DNA of 64,000 nucleotides from Chitinivibrionales bacterium (lineage in GTDB: Bacteria > Fibrobacterota > Chitinivibrionia > Chitinivibrionales > WJKA01). Below the pieces are notes generated by a model, which saw only the letters and a list, made by a program, of their open reading frames with translations, was not told where the DNA came from and did no database searches. Made by a program: the position numbers and the translations under genes. The stretch is from the NCBI GenBank assembly GCA_038247415.1, contig JBBRUX010000021.1, positions 1 to 64,000 of the forward strand. Reading direction: 5' to 3'. Below are positions 28,455-37,102 of the stretch, piece after piece. Every line of letters begins with the position of its first letter. Position 1 is the stretch's first letter.

Positions 28455-31031
28455 TTAATTTACAATTGTTACCGATTGCGAAACCCTAAAATTGGTTCCG
28501 TGCATTGAAACGGTATAAACCCCTCGTGCAAACGACTTAAGAGAAAGTGCCAAAGATTGCTCTTTACCCTCTCCAAAATTCGTTTTATATACACATCGAC
28601 CAGAAATATCACTCACAACAACACTCACCTTTTGTGGGGTTTGTAATGAGGCTCTTAGTACATTCTTATGTACCTGTATGCGGCATGCGTTTGCAGAACG
28701 TACTGCAACGTGAGGTTCATTGATTGAAGTTGCTTGTTTTTCGTCAAGGAAAGCAGCAACCCATGCAAGAGGAGCATTCCAGTTAATAGTTACTTCATTT
28801 GTAGACCATGCTTCGATATTGTCTAGATAACATTTCTGCGCAGAGGTTCCCAAAATACCTGCCGAACGAACCCATGGGTCTTCTAACCCCGAATTTGGTC
28901 CACCACTTATCGCCCCAGCCGGAGCTGTTGGAAAAAGGGAATTTGATTGAAAAGCCCAAAATCTGTGATGGGGATTTGCAACTGGATCTGAACCATAGCC
29001 TGTCACATAGGCTTTATCCATTGCATTGCGACCAAGCAGATAATCCATGCTTTCGGAAACACCATCCAGATATTTTTTATTGTTTGTAAAGTCGTATGCC
29101 AGAGCCATGGCAAGTGCTTCATTCAAGATAAAAGAATTAGATCCCCACGGATAACCTTTTGCACCCTTTGGAATAGGCACGCGGTATCCTTCCTTACCTA
29201 TAATCCCAATCCAATAATCTGATGATGCCGCAATTGCAGCACGAGCTTTGGCAATTTCCGTTGATGCGAGTGCGTTAGGAACCATAGCAAGGGTTATTGT
29301 ACCACAACCATACGTTGTACCCCATGTAAATGCTCCAGTAAGGCCATTATCTTCTCCAGCAACATCAAAAACTGTTGGCATTTTCAAATAATACGCCGAA
29401 TTTTGAAGATATGTTTTATAGACATCTTTTCCTGTTGTTACAAAGAGTTCGCAGGCAGCCCAATAGAAATCATCGGTAACACAAGAATCACCATACGGCC
29501 CACCACCAAGTTTATCGGTATTTAAAGCATACTTAGCTGGGTTTGCAATAGCGGCAAGCCATGCTATTTCTGCTGCGTCAAGGCATTTTTTCGAAAATGC
29601 AGGGTCGAGCATTTTCCAGATACGTGAGCTTGTTGCCCCAACTGCCGCTAGATTAAGTGTAGCCGCGGTGCTTGGCGGCTTAATAATTCGCTTTTCGAGA
29701 TCTTGATCGGGCCGCGTTGCCAGAGCAGTCCATTTTTCGTCGTGCATTTTATGATGCACCATTCCTGCCATGGGCTTATCTACAGGAACCTGCATCTTAA
29801 GAAGCATCGACATTTCCCACCTACCTTCGTCGAGAATATCGGGAATACCATTTCCCTTTTCGGGAATATTCATGCTTCCATCTGCAAATGGGGCTACTAC
29901 ACGTGCACCGCGAAGCGCTGCACGCTCATACTGATTCATCATTGTCCACACTGCAATTCCCCCATTGACAACGTATTTTCCATGATCTCCGGCATCATAC
30001 CATCCCCCTGTGATGTCAAGCGTATACACCGATGGAATTTCAACCGTTGTGGCAATATCGGATGGATGACCAGCCGCGCGCGCCAGATCAGGTCTTGTGC
30101 AATAGGGCATTTTGATTTCTATGCCGCTACGATTATGATAGAAATACGCAAGCGCATCATACTTCAATTTTGCATAAATATTTTCTTGCACATCAAAAGG
30201 ATGGCTTGTATTATTGCTACCCGGCACATTTACAGAAAGGTCATAGCCCTTGCCAGGAGTAGTAAAGCTCGAAAAATCGATAGTATGAACGGTATCACCC
30301 GAAGCTTCGTCTTTTCCAAAAACCGTGGTAGATCCCGAAGCAACAGCTGCTCCGGATCCGTTTTTGATTGTCCAGGTTAACGGTGTAGTTGAAGCGGACA
30401 ACACAGTAGCATGCTTTTGCGCAAACGGTAAGTAGCCAACCTGATTTACACGAACCAATGGCTTGGGCACAGGAGGTGGTTTAATCGGCTTCGTATATTG
30501 AGGGTCGGAAAGATAAATATCATCGAGTCCAATGTCGATGGGATACGGGCTCAAAACGAGATCTCCTCCTACATGAAACGCAAATTCACACGTGGCATCA
30601 GTTGCATCATTCATTGTAAATGTTTGCTTTATGGTAGTTGGACTATTTGCTGCAATTGAGAATGGATTCCAATTATTATTCCAATACTCTTTGTATGGCG
30701 TAGCCATTTGACCAATTTTTGCATACACTTTAGTAGCTTTGGTGGCGCGTATTTTAAACGTTACAGTATAAGTATGCCCTTGTTGAAGAGTTAGCCCCCG
30801 GTGCCGAGTTTGTGTATCCCATCTATTAGGTACACCTTTTAAAAGCGTAATAACATACTCACCATTTACTAATGCAAAATCGGAGTTTGCTTCTTCACTT
30901 TCCGAAACATTCCAAGGCAAAATTATGCCATCATTAAAATTATTTTGATCGAGTAATTCACCTGCGTGCCCCTGCGTGCACACCATGATGACAGCAAAGA
31001 TAGTCCCACGTAGTAGAGCCCCTATTTTCAT
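28455..31031 (-). CDS. CBM4-Ig-GH9 cellulase (CbhA/CelK/CenC-like) with T9SS type-A-like C-terminal domain
   Basis: CBM4 (RWDTQTRHRG...YKEYW), Ig VRVNQVGY, GGWYDAGDHGKY, PHHRFW, NEVTINWNA; tail SDISGR...ARGVYTV...VTIVN. Confidence 0.95.
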   Translation of the reverse strand: MKIGALLRGTIFAVIMVCTQGHAGELLDQNNFNDGIILPWNVSESEEANSDFALVNGEYVITLLKGVPNRWDTQTRHRGLTLQQGHTYTVTFKIRATKATKVYAKIGQMATPYKEYWNNNWNPFSIAANSPTTIKQTFTMNDATDATCEFAFHVGGDLVLSPYPIDIGLDDIYLSDPQYTKPIKPPPVPKPLVRVNQVGYLPFAQKHATVLSASTTPLTWTIKNGSGAAVASGSTTVFGKDEASGDTVHTIDFSSFTTPGKGYDLSVNVPGSNNTSHPFDVQENIYAKLKYDALAYFYHNRSGIEIKMPYCTRPDLARAAGHPSDIATTVEIPSVYTLDITGGWYDAGDHGKYVVNGGIAVWTMMNQYERAALRGARVVAPFADGSMNIPEKGNGIPDILDEGRWEMSMLLKMQVPVDKPMAGMVHHKMHDEKWTALATRPDQDLEKRIIKPPSTAATLNLAAVGATSSRIWKMLDPAFSKKCLDAAEIAWLAAIANPAKYALNTDKLGGGPYGDSCVTDDFYWAACELFVTTGKDVYKTYLQNSAYYLKMPTVFDVAGEDNGLTGAFTWGTTYGCGTITLAMVPNALASTEIAKARAAIAASSDYWIGIIGKEGYRVPIPKGAKGYPWGSNSFILNEALAMALAYDFTNNKKYLDGVSESMDYLLGRNAMDKAYVTGYGSDPVANPHHRFWAFQSNSLFPTAPAGAISGGPNSGLEDPWVRSAGILGTSAQKCYLDNIEAWSTNEVTINWNAPLAWVAAFLDEKQATSINEPHVAVRSANACRIQVHKNVLRASLQTPQKVSVVVSDISGRCVYKTNFGEGKEQSLALSLKSFARGVYTVSMHGTNFRVSQSVTIVN

Positions 31032-31228
31032 ATGTATCCTCTTTTTTGTAAGTGATTTTTACTAAATAATTAGGACTTAAAAAACGTCGTGCTCTTTCCT
31101 CCTCATAAAAATCTTAAAAAATTGTGATACCACGTTGTTTTAATGCATATACTAGCCATGATTGCTCTCAAAAGATACACTCCCAAGTCTTTTACTGCTT
31201 GCTTATTTGAGCACTTTTTACATTTATA

Positions 31229-31246
31229 GGTGGCATGTTTGCCACC
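31229..31246. promoter_or_regulatory. Palindrome GGTGGCA-N4-TGCCACC, candidate operator
   Basis: GC-rich perfect 7-bp arms in the AT-rich divergent promoter region between the cellulase operon and the TIGR02147-like gene. Confidence 0.45.
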
Positions 31247-31418
31247 ATTTTTGTCCTATATATACTTTATTTGTTTGTATATTATTGAACGATTCTTTAG
31301 AATTTCGTTTAAAAGAGTTGTTTTTTTAATTATATTATTATAGTATTGAGAAGTCCTCAGATTACATTTTGATTGATTTTATATAAAAGATGTCACCACT
31401 TTGGCACTAGCAAACACT

Positions 31419-32282
31419 ATGAAACCTATTTTCGAATACCTTGACTACCGACCTTTTCTTGCAGACTTCTACGAAGAACAAAAGAAGGGCAACTACTTTT
31501 ATTCGTATCGTTATATGGCAGGCAAGCTGGATATGGATCATAGTCAGCTTATAAAGATTCTCAATGGCACACGACACATCACAGAACTACACATTAAGCC
31601 AATTGCTGTATTGTGCCATCTTGCTAATCGTCAAGCACAATTTCTAGAAGCGCTGGTGCAATTTTGCAAGGCAAAAACAGAACGGCAGGAAAAGATATTT
31701 TTTGAAAGAATGCTCGCGCTTAAAAGCTATGAATCACAAACCCTCGAAGCTTATCAATTCGAATATTTTCAAAAATGGTATTACGCAGCAATTCGATCGC
31801 TTCTGGATTACTTCAAATATAAGGGCGATAACGAACGCCTTGCCAAGGCACTCAATCCTGCCATTACAACCGCCCAGGCAAAAAAAGCAATCGATTTACT
31901 TTTAAAACTTAATTTAATCCAAAAAGAAGCATCGGGACACTATATTCCTACTCAAGCTCACGTAAGTACTGGAGAATCGTGGCAGGGCAGGGCAATCGAA
32001 ACATATCAAAAAGAAACAATCGAACTTTCGGCAACAAGCATCGATCGTTCTCAAAAAAATGAGCGGGATATATCTTCTATAACGATGTCTGTGGACAAGG
32101 AATGCTTCGAAGATATCTCCCGGCTCACAAAAGAATTTAGGGCATCAGTAATTAAAAGGGTTAACGAAATCCCAATTAATACTACCGATCGAGTTTACCA
32201 AATGAACATACAAATAATTCCACTTACAACCATTTTAACAAATTTGGATGTTCCCATTCCGCAAGGGAATACAGAGCCATGA
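31419..32282 (+). CDS. TIGR02147-like (DUF4423) Fibrobacterota paralogous family protein with N-terminal HTH
   Basis: IFEYLDYRPFLADFY, FYSYRYMA, ILNGTRHI, YFQKWYYAAIRSL, ERDISSITMS and VYQMNIQIIPLT motifs. Confidence 0.9.
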   Translation: MKPIFEYLDYRPFLADFYEEQKKGNYFYSYRYMAGKLDMDHSQLIKILNGTRHITELHIKPIAVLCHLANRQAQFLEALVQFCKAKTERQEKIFFERMLALKSYESQTLEAYQFEYFQKWYYAAIRSLLDYFKYKGDNERLAKALNPAITTAQAKKAIDLLLKLNLIQKEASGHYIPTQAHVSTGESWQGRAIETYQKETIELSATSIDRSQKNERDISSITMSVDKECFEDISRLTKEFRASVIKRVNEIPINTTDRVYQMNIQIIPLTTILTNLDVPIPQGNTEP

Positions 32283-33949
32283 GAATACTTTCTGCACTCC
32301 TTTGTTTTGCCGTATGCGCATTACTTGCGTGCAGCCATAGCACTACTCTTTCGGGCGGTACCACAACAGAAACCACCAATGGGCTCACTGCATGCGTTCG
32401 TTATGCCGATGGGTCGCTTGCTGCCAACGCGATAATTTCAATTCGTCCGCAACTATATTTGCGCGGGATTGATACTGTTAGCACCGCCGATTCAAACGAT
32501 GCAGTAACATCCTCAAAAGGCATGTTTGTAGTGGGAGGATTACGGGCAGGAATGTACCGCCTAACCATTCTAACCCGCGATTCTCTCTTTGGTGCAAGCA
32601 TCTCAGATCTTTCTCTGGGAAAAGGAGCAAACTCCAAAGCGGATACTATTCAGATCGATACCATTATTCTTGAGCATACTGGTTCTCTTGCTGGATTTAT
32701 ACCCTTCGATAGCTCAACAAGCGCACCACGTGTTGTCCTTCGTCTTTACGGAACAGATTTTATTGACACCATTAATCCTGGTACCCGATTTGTCTACGCT
32801 GGTTTTGCACCAAGCAGCTATCTTCCGGCTGTATCAATTAACAGGTTGCCTAGCTTTTCAATAGATACCGTACAAGTTCTCGCACATGATACCGCCATAC
32901 TTACAGGTGCTCCTTTTTTTAATCCAACTGCCTTTGCAGGCAATAAAAAAATTCTGGTCAATACCTCGCAAAGCGGAACGCTCCTCACAACAGATGTCAC
33001 GCAGTTTCCGCTTTTAGTGCGTCTTAACTCTACCGACCCCACAGATTCTGCTATCTTTGTGCATTCACCTAATTCTAATTATATCCAATTTTTTTCTAAC
33101 GATTCGATCCCTTTACAATTTGAAGTCGAAGAATGGGACACCCTAGCCTCACCAAAAACAGCCTGTTTTTGGGTAAAAGTCCCCACACTCTATGCAAATG
33201 ATTCGATTCAGGCGATACACCTTTATTATGGGATTTACACAAAACCCTCCCACCCAACCCTGCGTCTATTTGACAAAGGCTATGGCTATTCTGCGGTGTG
33301 GCACCTTTGCGAAAAAAGCAGAGACTCTCTTTACGACGCAACAGGAACCGTAACCCTTGTGTCGTCATTTTCTCAACGCCAACCGGGACCTGCCCTTATT
33401 GCAGGTGGACAAAAATTAAATGGGGTATCACAGTATATTGACGGAGGCGATTTTAATTATTTTAACGGGGCCACTTCCTTCACTATTTCGATGTGGGTAA
33501 ATGCCGACACATTCCCTTTTGAGATGATTCATCTAACCTCCACAGCTGGATTGCCTCAAGAGCTCAATCGCGCGTCGTTAACCATCGATAGCCTTGGGAA
33601 CATAATCGCCTACGGCTCAAATAGTGATTCATCGAGATCACTACTCACGGCGTATAGCACATCAAAACTATCTACTCATACATGGTACTTAATAAGTGGC
33701 ATTTTTATGTTTGCTTCAGATTCTATCGTCATTAATGTTAACGGTACCGAGGCTCCCACTCTCCGCAGTGGAACAATGGGCAGCGTGCAAGGCTCAGGTA
33801 TCACTACTGCACCTGTAAAGTGCTCAATCGGCTACGACCCATTACAGCACAGCGGTTATTCTAAGGGCACGCTCGATGAAATAAGAATGTTTCGTTCTGC
33901 ACTCTCAGCCGATTGGCTAAAGCTATGCTATACAAGCCAGCTACCATAA
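32279..33949 (+). CDS. Lipoprotein with DUF2341 and LamG-like domains
   Basis: Lipobox LLAC then GGTTTETTNG; FPLLVRL...FEVEEWD...FWVKVP (DUF2341); FTISMWV...WYLISG...GTLDEIRM (LamG); ATGA overlap with the upstream gene. Confidence 0.85.
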   Translation: MRILSALLCFAVCALLACSHSTTLSGGTTTETTNGLTACVRYADGSLAANAIISIRPQLYLRGIDTVSTADSNDAVTSSKGMFVVGGLRAGMYRLTILTRDSLFGASISDLSLGKGANSKADTIQIDTIILEHTGSLAGFIPFDSSTSAPRVVLRLYGTDFIDTINPGTRFVYAGFAPSSYLPAVSINRLPSFSIDTVQVLAHDTAILTGAPFFNPTAFAGNKKILVNTSQSGTLLTTDVTQFPLLVRLNSTDPTDSAIFVHSPNSNYIQFFSNDSIPLQFEVEEWDTLASPKTACFWVKVPTLYANDSIQAIHLYYGIYTKPSHPTLRLFDKGYGYSAVWHLCEKSRDSLYDATGTVTLVSSFSQRQPGPALIAGGQKLNGVSQYIDGGDFNYFNGATSFTISMWVNADTFPFEMIHLTSTAGLPQELNRASLTIDSLGNIIAYGSNSDSSRSLLTAYSTSKLSTHTWYLISGIFMFASDSIVINVNGTEAPTLRSGTMGSVQGSGITTAPVKCSIGYDPLQHSGYSKGTLDEIRMFRSALSADWLKLCYTSQLP

Positions 33950-33974
33950 CGTCGGCTTTTTTATGTCAAGTGGG

Positions 33975-34180
33975 TTAGGGAGTACGAAATGTGACGGTGT
34001 AAACGGAGTGCCCCCGGCAGTACGTGAGGTCTCAGGCGCATAAGCGCCGCAAGAACGAGCGTACCGGCTTGCGAAGCAAGAGCGTAGGAGGAGCCGCATC
34101 GGAACATACCCCAAGGGTACTTCCTTTGGGCGCCCGAAGGGGTGAGGCCCAACAGCGAAGCCGAAACGCCCAAAATCTTG
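33975..34180. repeat. GC-rich multi-hairpin intergenic element (MITE/REP-like or structured RNA)
   Basis: Hairpins GGCGC-ATAA-GCGCC (34035-34048), CTTGC-GAA-GCAAG (34068-34080), GGAACATACCC-CAA-GGGTACTTCC (34101-34124) and TTGGGC...GCCCAA (34126-34152); composition differs sharply from the flanks. Confidence 0.5.
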
Positions 34181-34222
34181 ATTTGTCACCACTCTATCAA
34201 TCCCTCAACGTATATTAATTTC

Positions 34223-34384
34223 ATGTCAAGAAAAAAGCTCATCATGATTGGGATGGTTGTAGGATCTCTGTTGGGGGGTTTTGTTGTCTCCCTTTTTGGA
34301 GCGGGTGCATTTTCATTTACTTCACTGATTGCAAGTTCAATTGGTGGATTACTCGGCATCTTTATCGTTTTCAAGTATACATAA
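34223..34384 (+). CDS. Small Gly-rich membrane protein (53 aa)
   Basis: MSRKKLIMIGMVVGSLLGG...SIGGLLGIFIVFK, two TM helices with glycine zippers. Confidence 0.75.
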   Translation: MSRKKLIMIGMVVGSLLGGFVVSLFGAGAFSFTSLIASSIGGLLGIFIVFKYT

Positions 34385-34451
34385 CTTTGCATTCATGAGG
34401 TCGGTTTTTATTGCTCACGCATTTTACTCGTAACACTTTCAAGGAACAAGC

Positions 34452-34922
34452 ATGAATATCGGCATTGTTTTTCATTCACAAACAGGACACACATTTGCCT
34501 TCGCACGGAGCATCGCATCTGTGTTGAGAACAAAAAATCACACTGTGGAGCTGCTGCCTATTTCTACCAAGCACAAGACACACCCCGGGATGCGCGATGT
34601 AAAACTCGATTCGATTCCAAACCTTACTGCGTTTGATGGAATCTGTTTCGGCTCTCCCACGTGGGCTTTTGCTGCTACGCCGATTTTTATGACATTCATG
34701 AACACACTTAGCACACTCGCCAATAAAAAATGTGCCATTTTTGCCACTATGGGATTTCCACACCCCTCTTTGGGTGGAAGCAGAGCTATTTCTCAAATAA
34801 ATCAGCGAATTATATCTTTAGAAGGAACAGTAATCGCCACAGAAGTTGTGCCTCTGCTCTTTCATAATTTTAATAAATGCACAAAAATTGGAGCCCAACG
34901 AATTGCTGAAGCATTTCAATAA
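34452..34922 (+). CDS. Flavodoxin-family protein
   Basis: HSQTGHT FMN-binding loop, FGSPTWAF, AIFATMG. Confidence 0.88.
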   Translation: MNIGIVFHSQTGHTFAFARSIASVLRTKNHTVELLPISTKHKTHPGMRDVKLDSIPNLTAFDGICFGSPTWAFAATPIFMTFMNTLSTLANKKCAIFATMGFPHPSLGGSRAISQINQRIISLEGTVIATEVVPLLFHNFNKCTKIGAQRIAEAFQ

Positions 34923-35010
34923 AGCGAGCTGTTTTTGCATCTGATTCCTGTCTCATCCTATATTTTAGCAGACCTATCTTTTCCATTCATTTTTACGCAC
35001 AACCATAACT

Positions 35011-36555
35011 ATGCCAAATCTTATTAACAATAGCCCTTCGGCACTGCCCTATATTACCGTAGTAGTACCCGTTTACAATGAAGAATATACGCTCAAAACA
35101 ACGCTCGAAAGTCTACAGTCGCAAGATTATCAAGGTCGTTTCGACATTCTTGTTGTTGATAATGCCTCAACCGATACAAGCGCTGAAATTGCCCGATCTA
35201 TGGGGGTGATGGTTGTTTCAGAACTCCGTAAAGGCTATGTGCATGCAGTACGCGCAGGTTTTGGTGCTGCTCCGGGAGACATCATAGCGTGCACTGATGC
35301 AGATACCTTCAACTCAAAAACATGGCTCTCCCAAATCGCCCACAATCTGACAGTTCGCGGTGCGGTTGCGTGTAGCGGATCTTTTCTTTTTAACGATGGA
35401 AGCAAACTTATAAAATTTATTGGTTGGGCATTTGGTCGCCTCAATTGGCATTTGGCTGGTGCTAACATGGCAGTCTGGAAATGGGCGTATCAAAAGGTTG
35501 GTGGTTTTAATCACGATATTAATTTGGGAGCCGATGTAGAAATTGGATTTCGGATAAAAAAACTTGGGAAAATAATAATTGACAGAAAGCTTATTTCGTA
35601 CACTTCCTCCCGAAGATTTCAAGTTGCTTTTTGGCAAACCCTGTTTCTGTATTACTGCAACGACCTTTGGCTTATCTTATTTCGCAAGCCGCTTTTTTAT
35701 GAGTTTCCCATAATCCGTATTCCGCAAAAAATCTTTAAACGCCAAGTCCCTCATCTGCAATGGGGATTGTTAACGCTTATTCTTATCATTTCTTGTTCCT
35801 GGTTTATAGAACGTCCTGGCAGTGACCTTTTAGGAACGGTCATGCACCAGGGGTCTGCATCACTTAAAACGGTAGCCCTTACCTTTGATAATGGACCTTC
35901 ACCGCAAACACTCCAGGTACTGGATATTCTTAAGCGATATTCTGTAAAAGCAACCTTCTTTATGGCAGGAAAAGAAATTGTCCGGTATCCAGATATTGCC
36001 AGACAAGTAATTATTGACGGACAGGATATTGGCAACCATACCTTCAGCAACTCCATCTGGTCACCCATCGAGCTTTCTCATCAAATCGATAAAGAGCTCG
36101 ATTCAACGTCGTCACTTATCCAAAAGACAACAGGTATTTCGACCAAGCTTTTTAGACCACCCCACGGGCTACGATCCCCCTGGATGATCTCTCAAGCTAA
36201 TAAAAAAGGCTATACAGTCATTTTATGGAATATTGCACCCAACGAATGGCTCTATCCCGATAAGAACAGAATAATTCGTGATGTTAGCAAGCGTGTTTCG
36301 CCAGGATCGATTATTCTTCTTAATGATGGGGCCTCATCCGATGCTCCACCCCTTGCGCATCAACATACCATTGCTGCATTGCCCGGAATTATCGAGAATC
36401 TTCAAGCCCAAGGGTATCATTTTGTTACTATTTCCGAATTGCTCGTGGAAGAAGGCTATCAACAACCCGCTTCCAGTGCCTGGGCGAAATTTTCTTTTGA
36501 TTCCCTCATCTCTCTCACCGCCCGCATCTACGAAGCTCGTCCCTTTAAAAACTAG
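35011..36555 (+). CDS. GT2 glycosyltransferase fused to a CE4/NodB polysaccharide deacetylase-like domain (degenerate active site)
   Basis: VVVPVYNEE, VVDNASTD, TDAD and SSRR; TM segment; ALTFDNGP, ATFF, GNHTFSN, FRPPHG and ILLND. Confidence 0.88.
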   Translation: MPNLINNSPSALPYITVVVPVYNEEYTLKTTLESLQSQDYQGRFDILVVDNASTDTSAEIARSMGVMVVSELRKGYVHAVRAGFGAAPGDIIACTDADTFNSKTWLSQIAHNLTVRGAVACSGSFLFNDGSKLIKFIGWAFGRLNWHLAGANMAVWKWAYQKVGGFNHDINLGADVEIGFRIKKLGKIIIDRKLISYTSSRRFQVAFWQTLFLYYCNDLWLILFRKPLFYEFPIIRIPQKIFKRQVPHLQWGLLTLILIISCSWFIERPGSDLLGTVMHQGSASLKTVALTFDNGPSPQTLQVLDILKRYSVKATFFMAGKEIVRYPDIARQVIIDGQDIGNHTFSNSIWSPIELSHQIDKELDSTSSLIQKTTGISTKLFRPPHGLRSPWMISQANKKGYTVILWNIAPNEWLYPDKNRIIRDVSKRVSPGSIILLNDGASSDAPPLAHQHTIAALPGIIENLQAQGYHFVTISELLVEEGYQQPASSAWAKFSFDSLISLTARIYEARPFKN

Positions 36556-36710
36556 CACCTTCACACACAAGATGCAGACAATTCTCGCCCTTGGCTAACA
36601 ATCTATTGTATGATAATTGTACATCACGTATATTATTTTTTAAGCAGCGTACACCACTTCGATACACAATACAACAACGTAAACAAAAAACTACCTATCG
36701 CGGTGGTACT

Positions 36711-37049
36711 ATGCTTATGCAGAATTTTTTAAAACACTTTTTTTTGCCGATACTATGCGTGGCTATCCCGTGTACGGGCGAAGTTTCTCAAACGCACAAG
36801 TCAACAAAAGCAAGTAATGCAAAAAAGGATTCTGCAGTTTTAATAAAAAAAGGAACGCCGAAATCTTTTTCTAAAACCGAAGAAATCGATTCGATGCTTA
36901 TTTCTCCCAAAGAAAGTAGCAACGACTTTTCTTTAGACAGCACCGATCATTTGTTTTCCGAAAAACATCAAAATGTGGATGCCGATTTTTTAGATACCAG
37001 TGGTGGAAGCTTCGATACTCTTGTGCAATCTAAAAAAGCTGATAACTAA
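36711..37049 (+). CDS. Hypothetical secreted, low-complexity protein
   Basis: Signal-peptide-like N-terminus followed by a K/S/D-rich region; GGTGG before ATG. Confidence 0.55.
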   Translation: MLMQNFLKHFFLPILCVAIPCTGEVSQTHKSTKASNAKKDSAVLIKKGTPKSFSKTEEIDSMLISPKESSNDFSLDSTDHLFSEKHQNVDADFLDTSGGSFDTLVQSKKADN

Positions 37050-37102
37050 GACACCGCTAGGGTGCGTTTGTTTTGTAAACGTTTTAAAGGAGTTTTGCGC
37101 AC

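Noticed and set aside
29703..30380. 225-aa plus-strand ORF and similar long antisense ORFs (44076-44669, 58427-58969)
   Set aside because: Shadows opposite well-supported genes, with no domain features.
24806..31031. Cellulosome components
   Set aside because: No dockerin repeats or cohesins; the C-termini are basic tails.
33941..34218. Overlapping short ORFs on both strands
   Set aside because: They arise from the GC-rich hairpin element and lack an RBS or protein-like composition.
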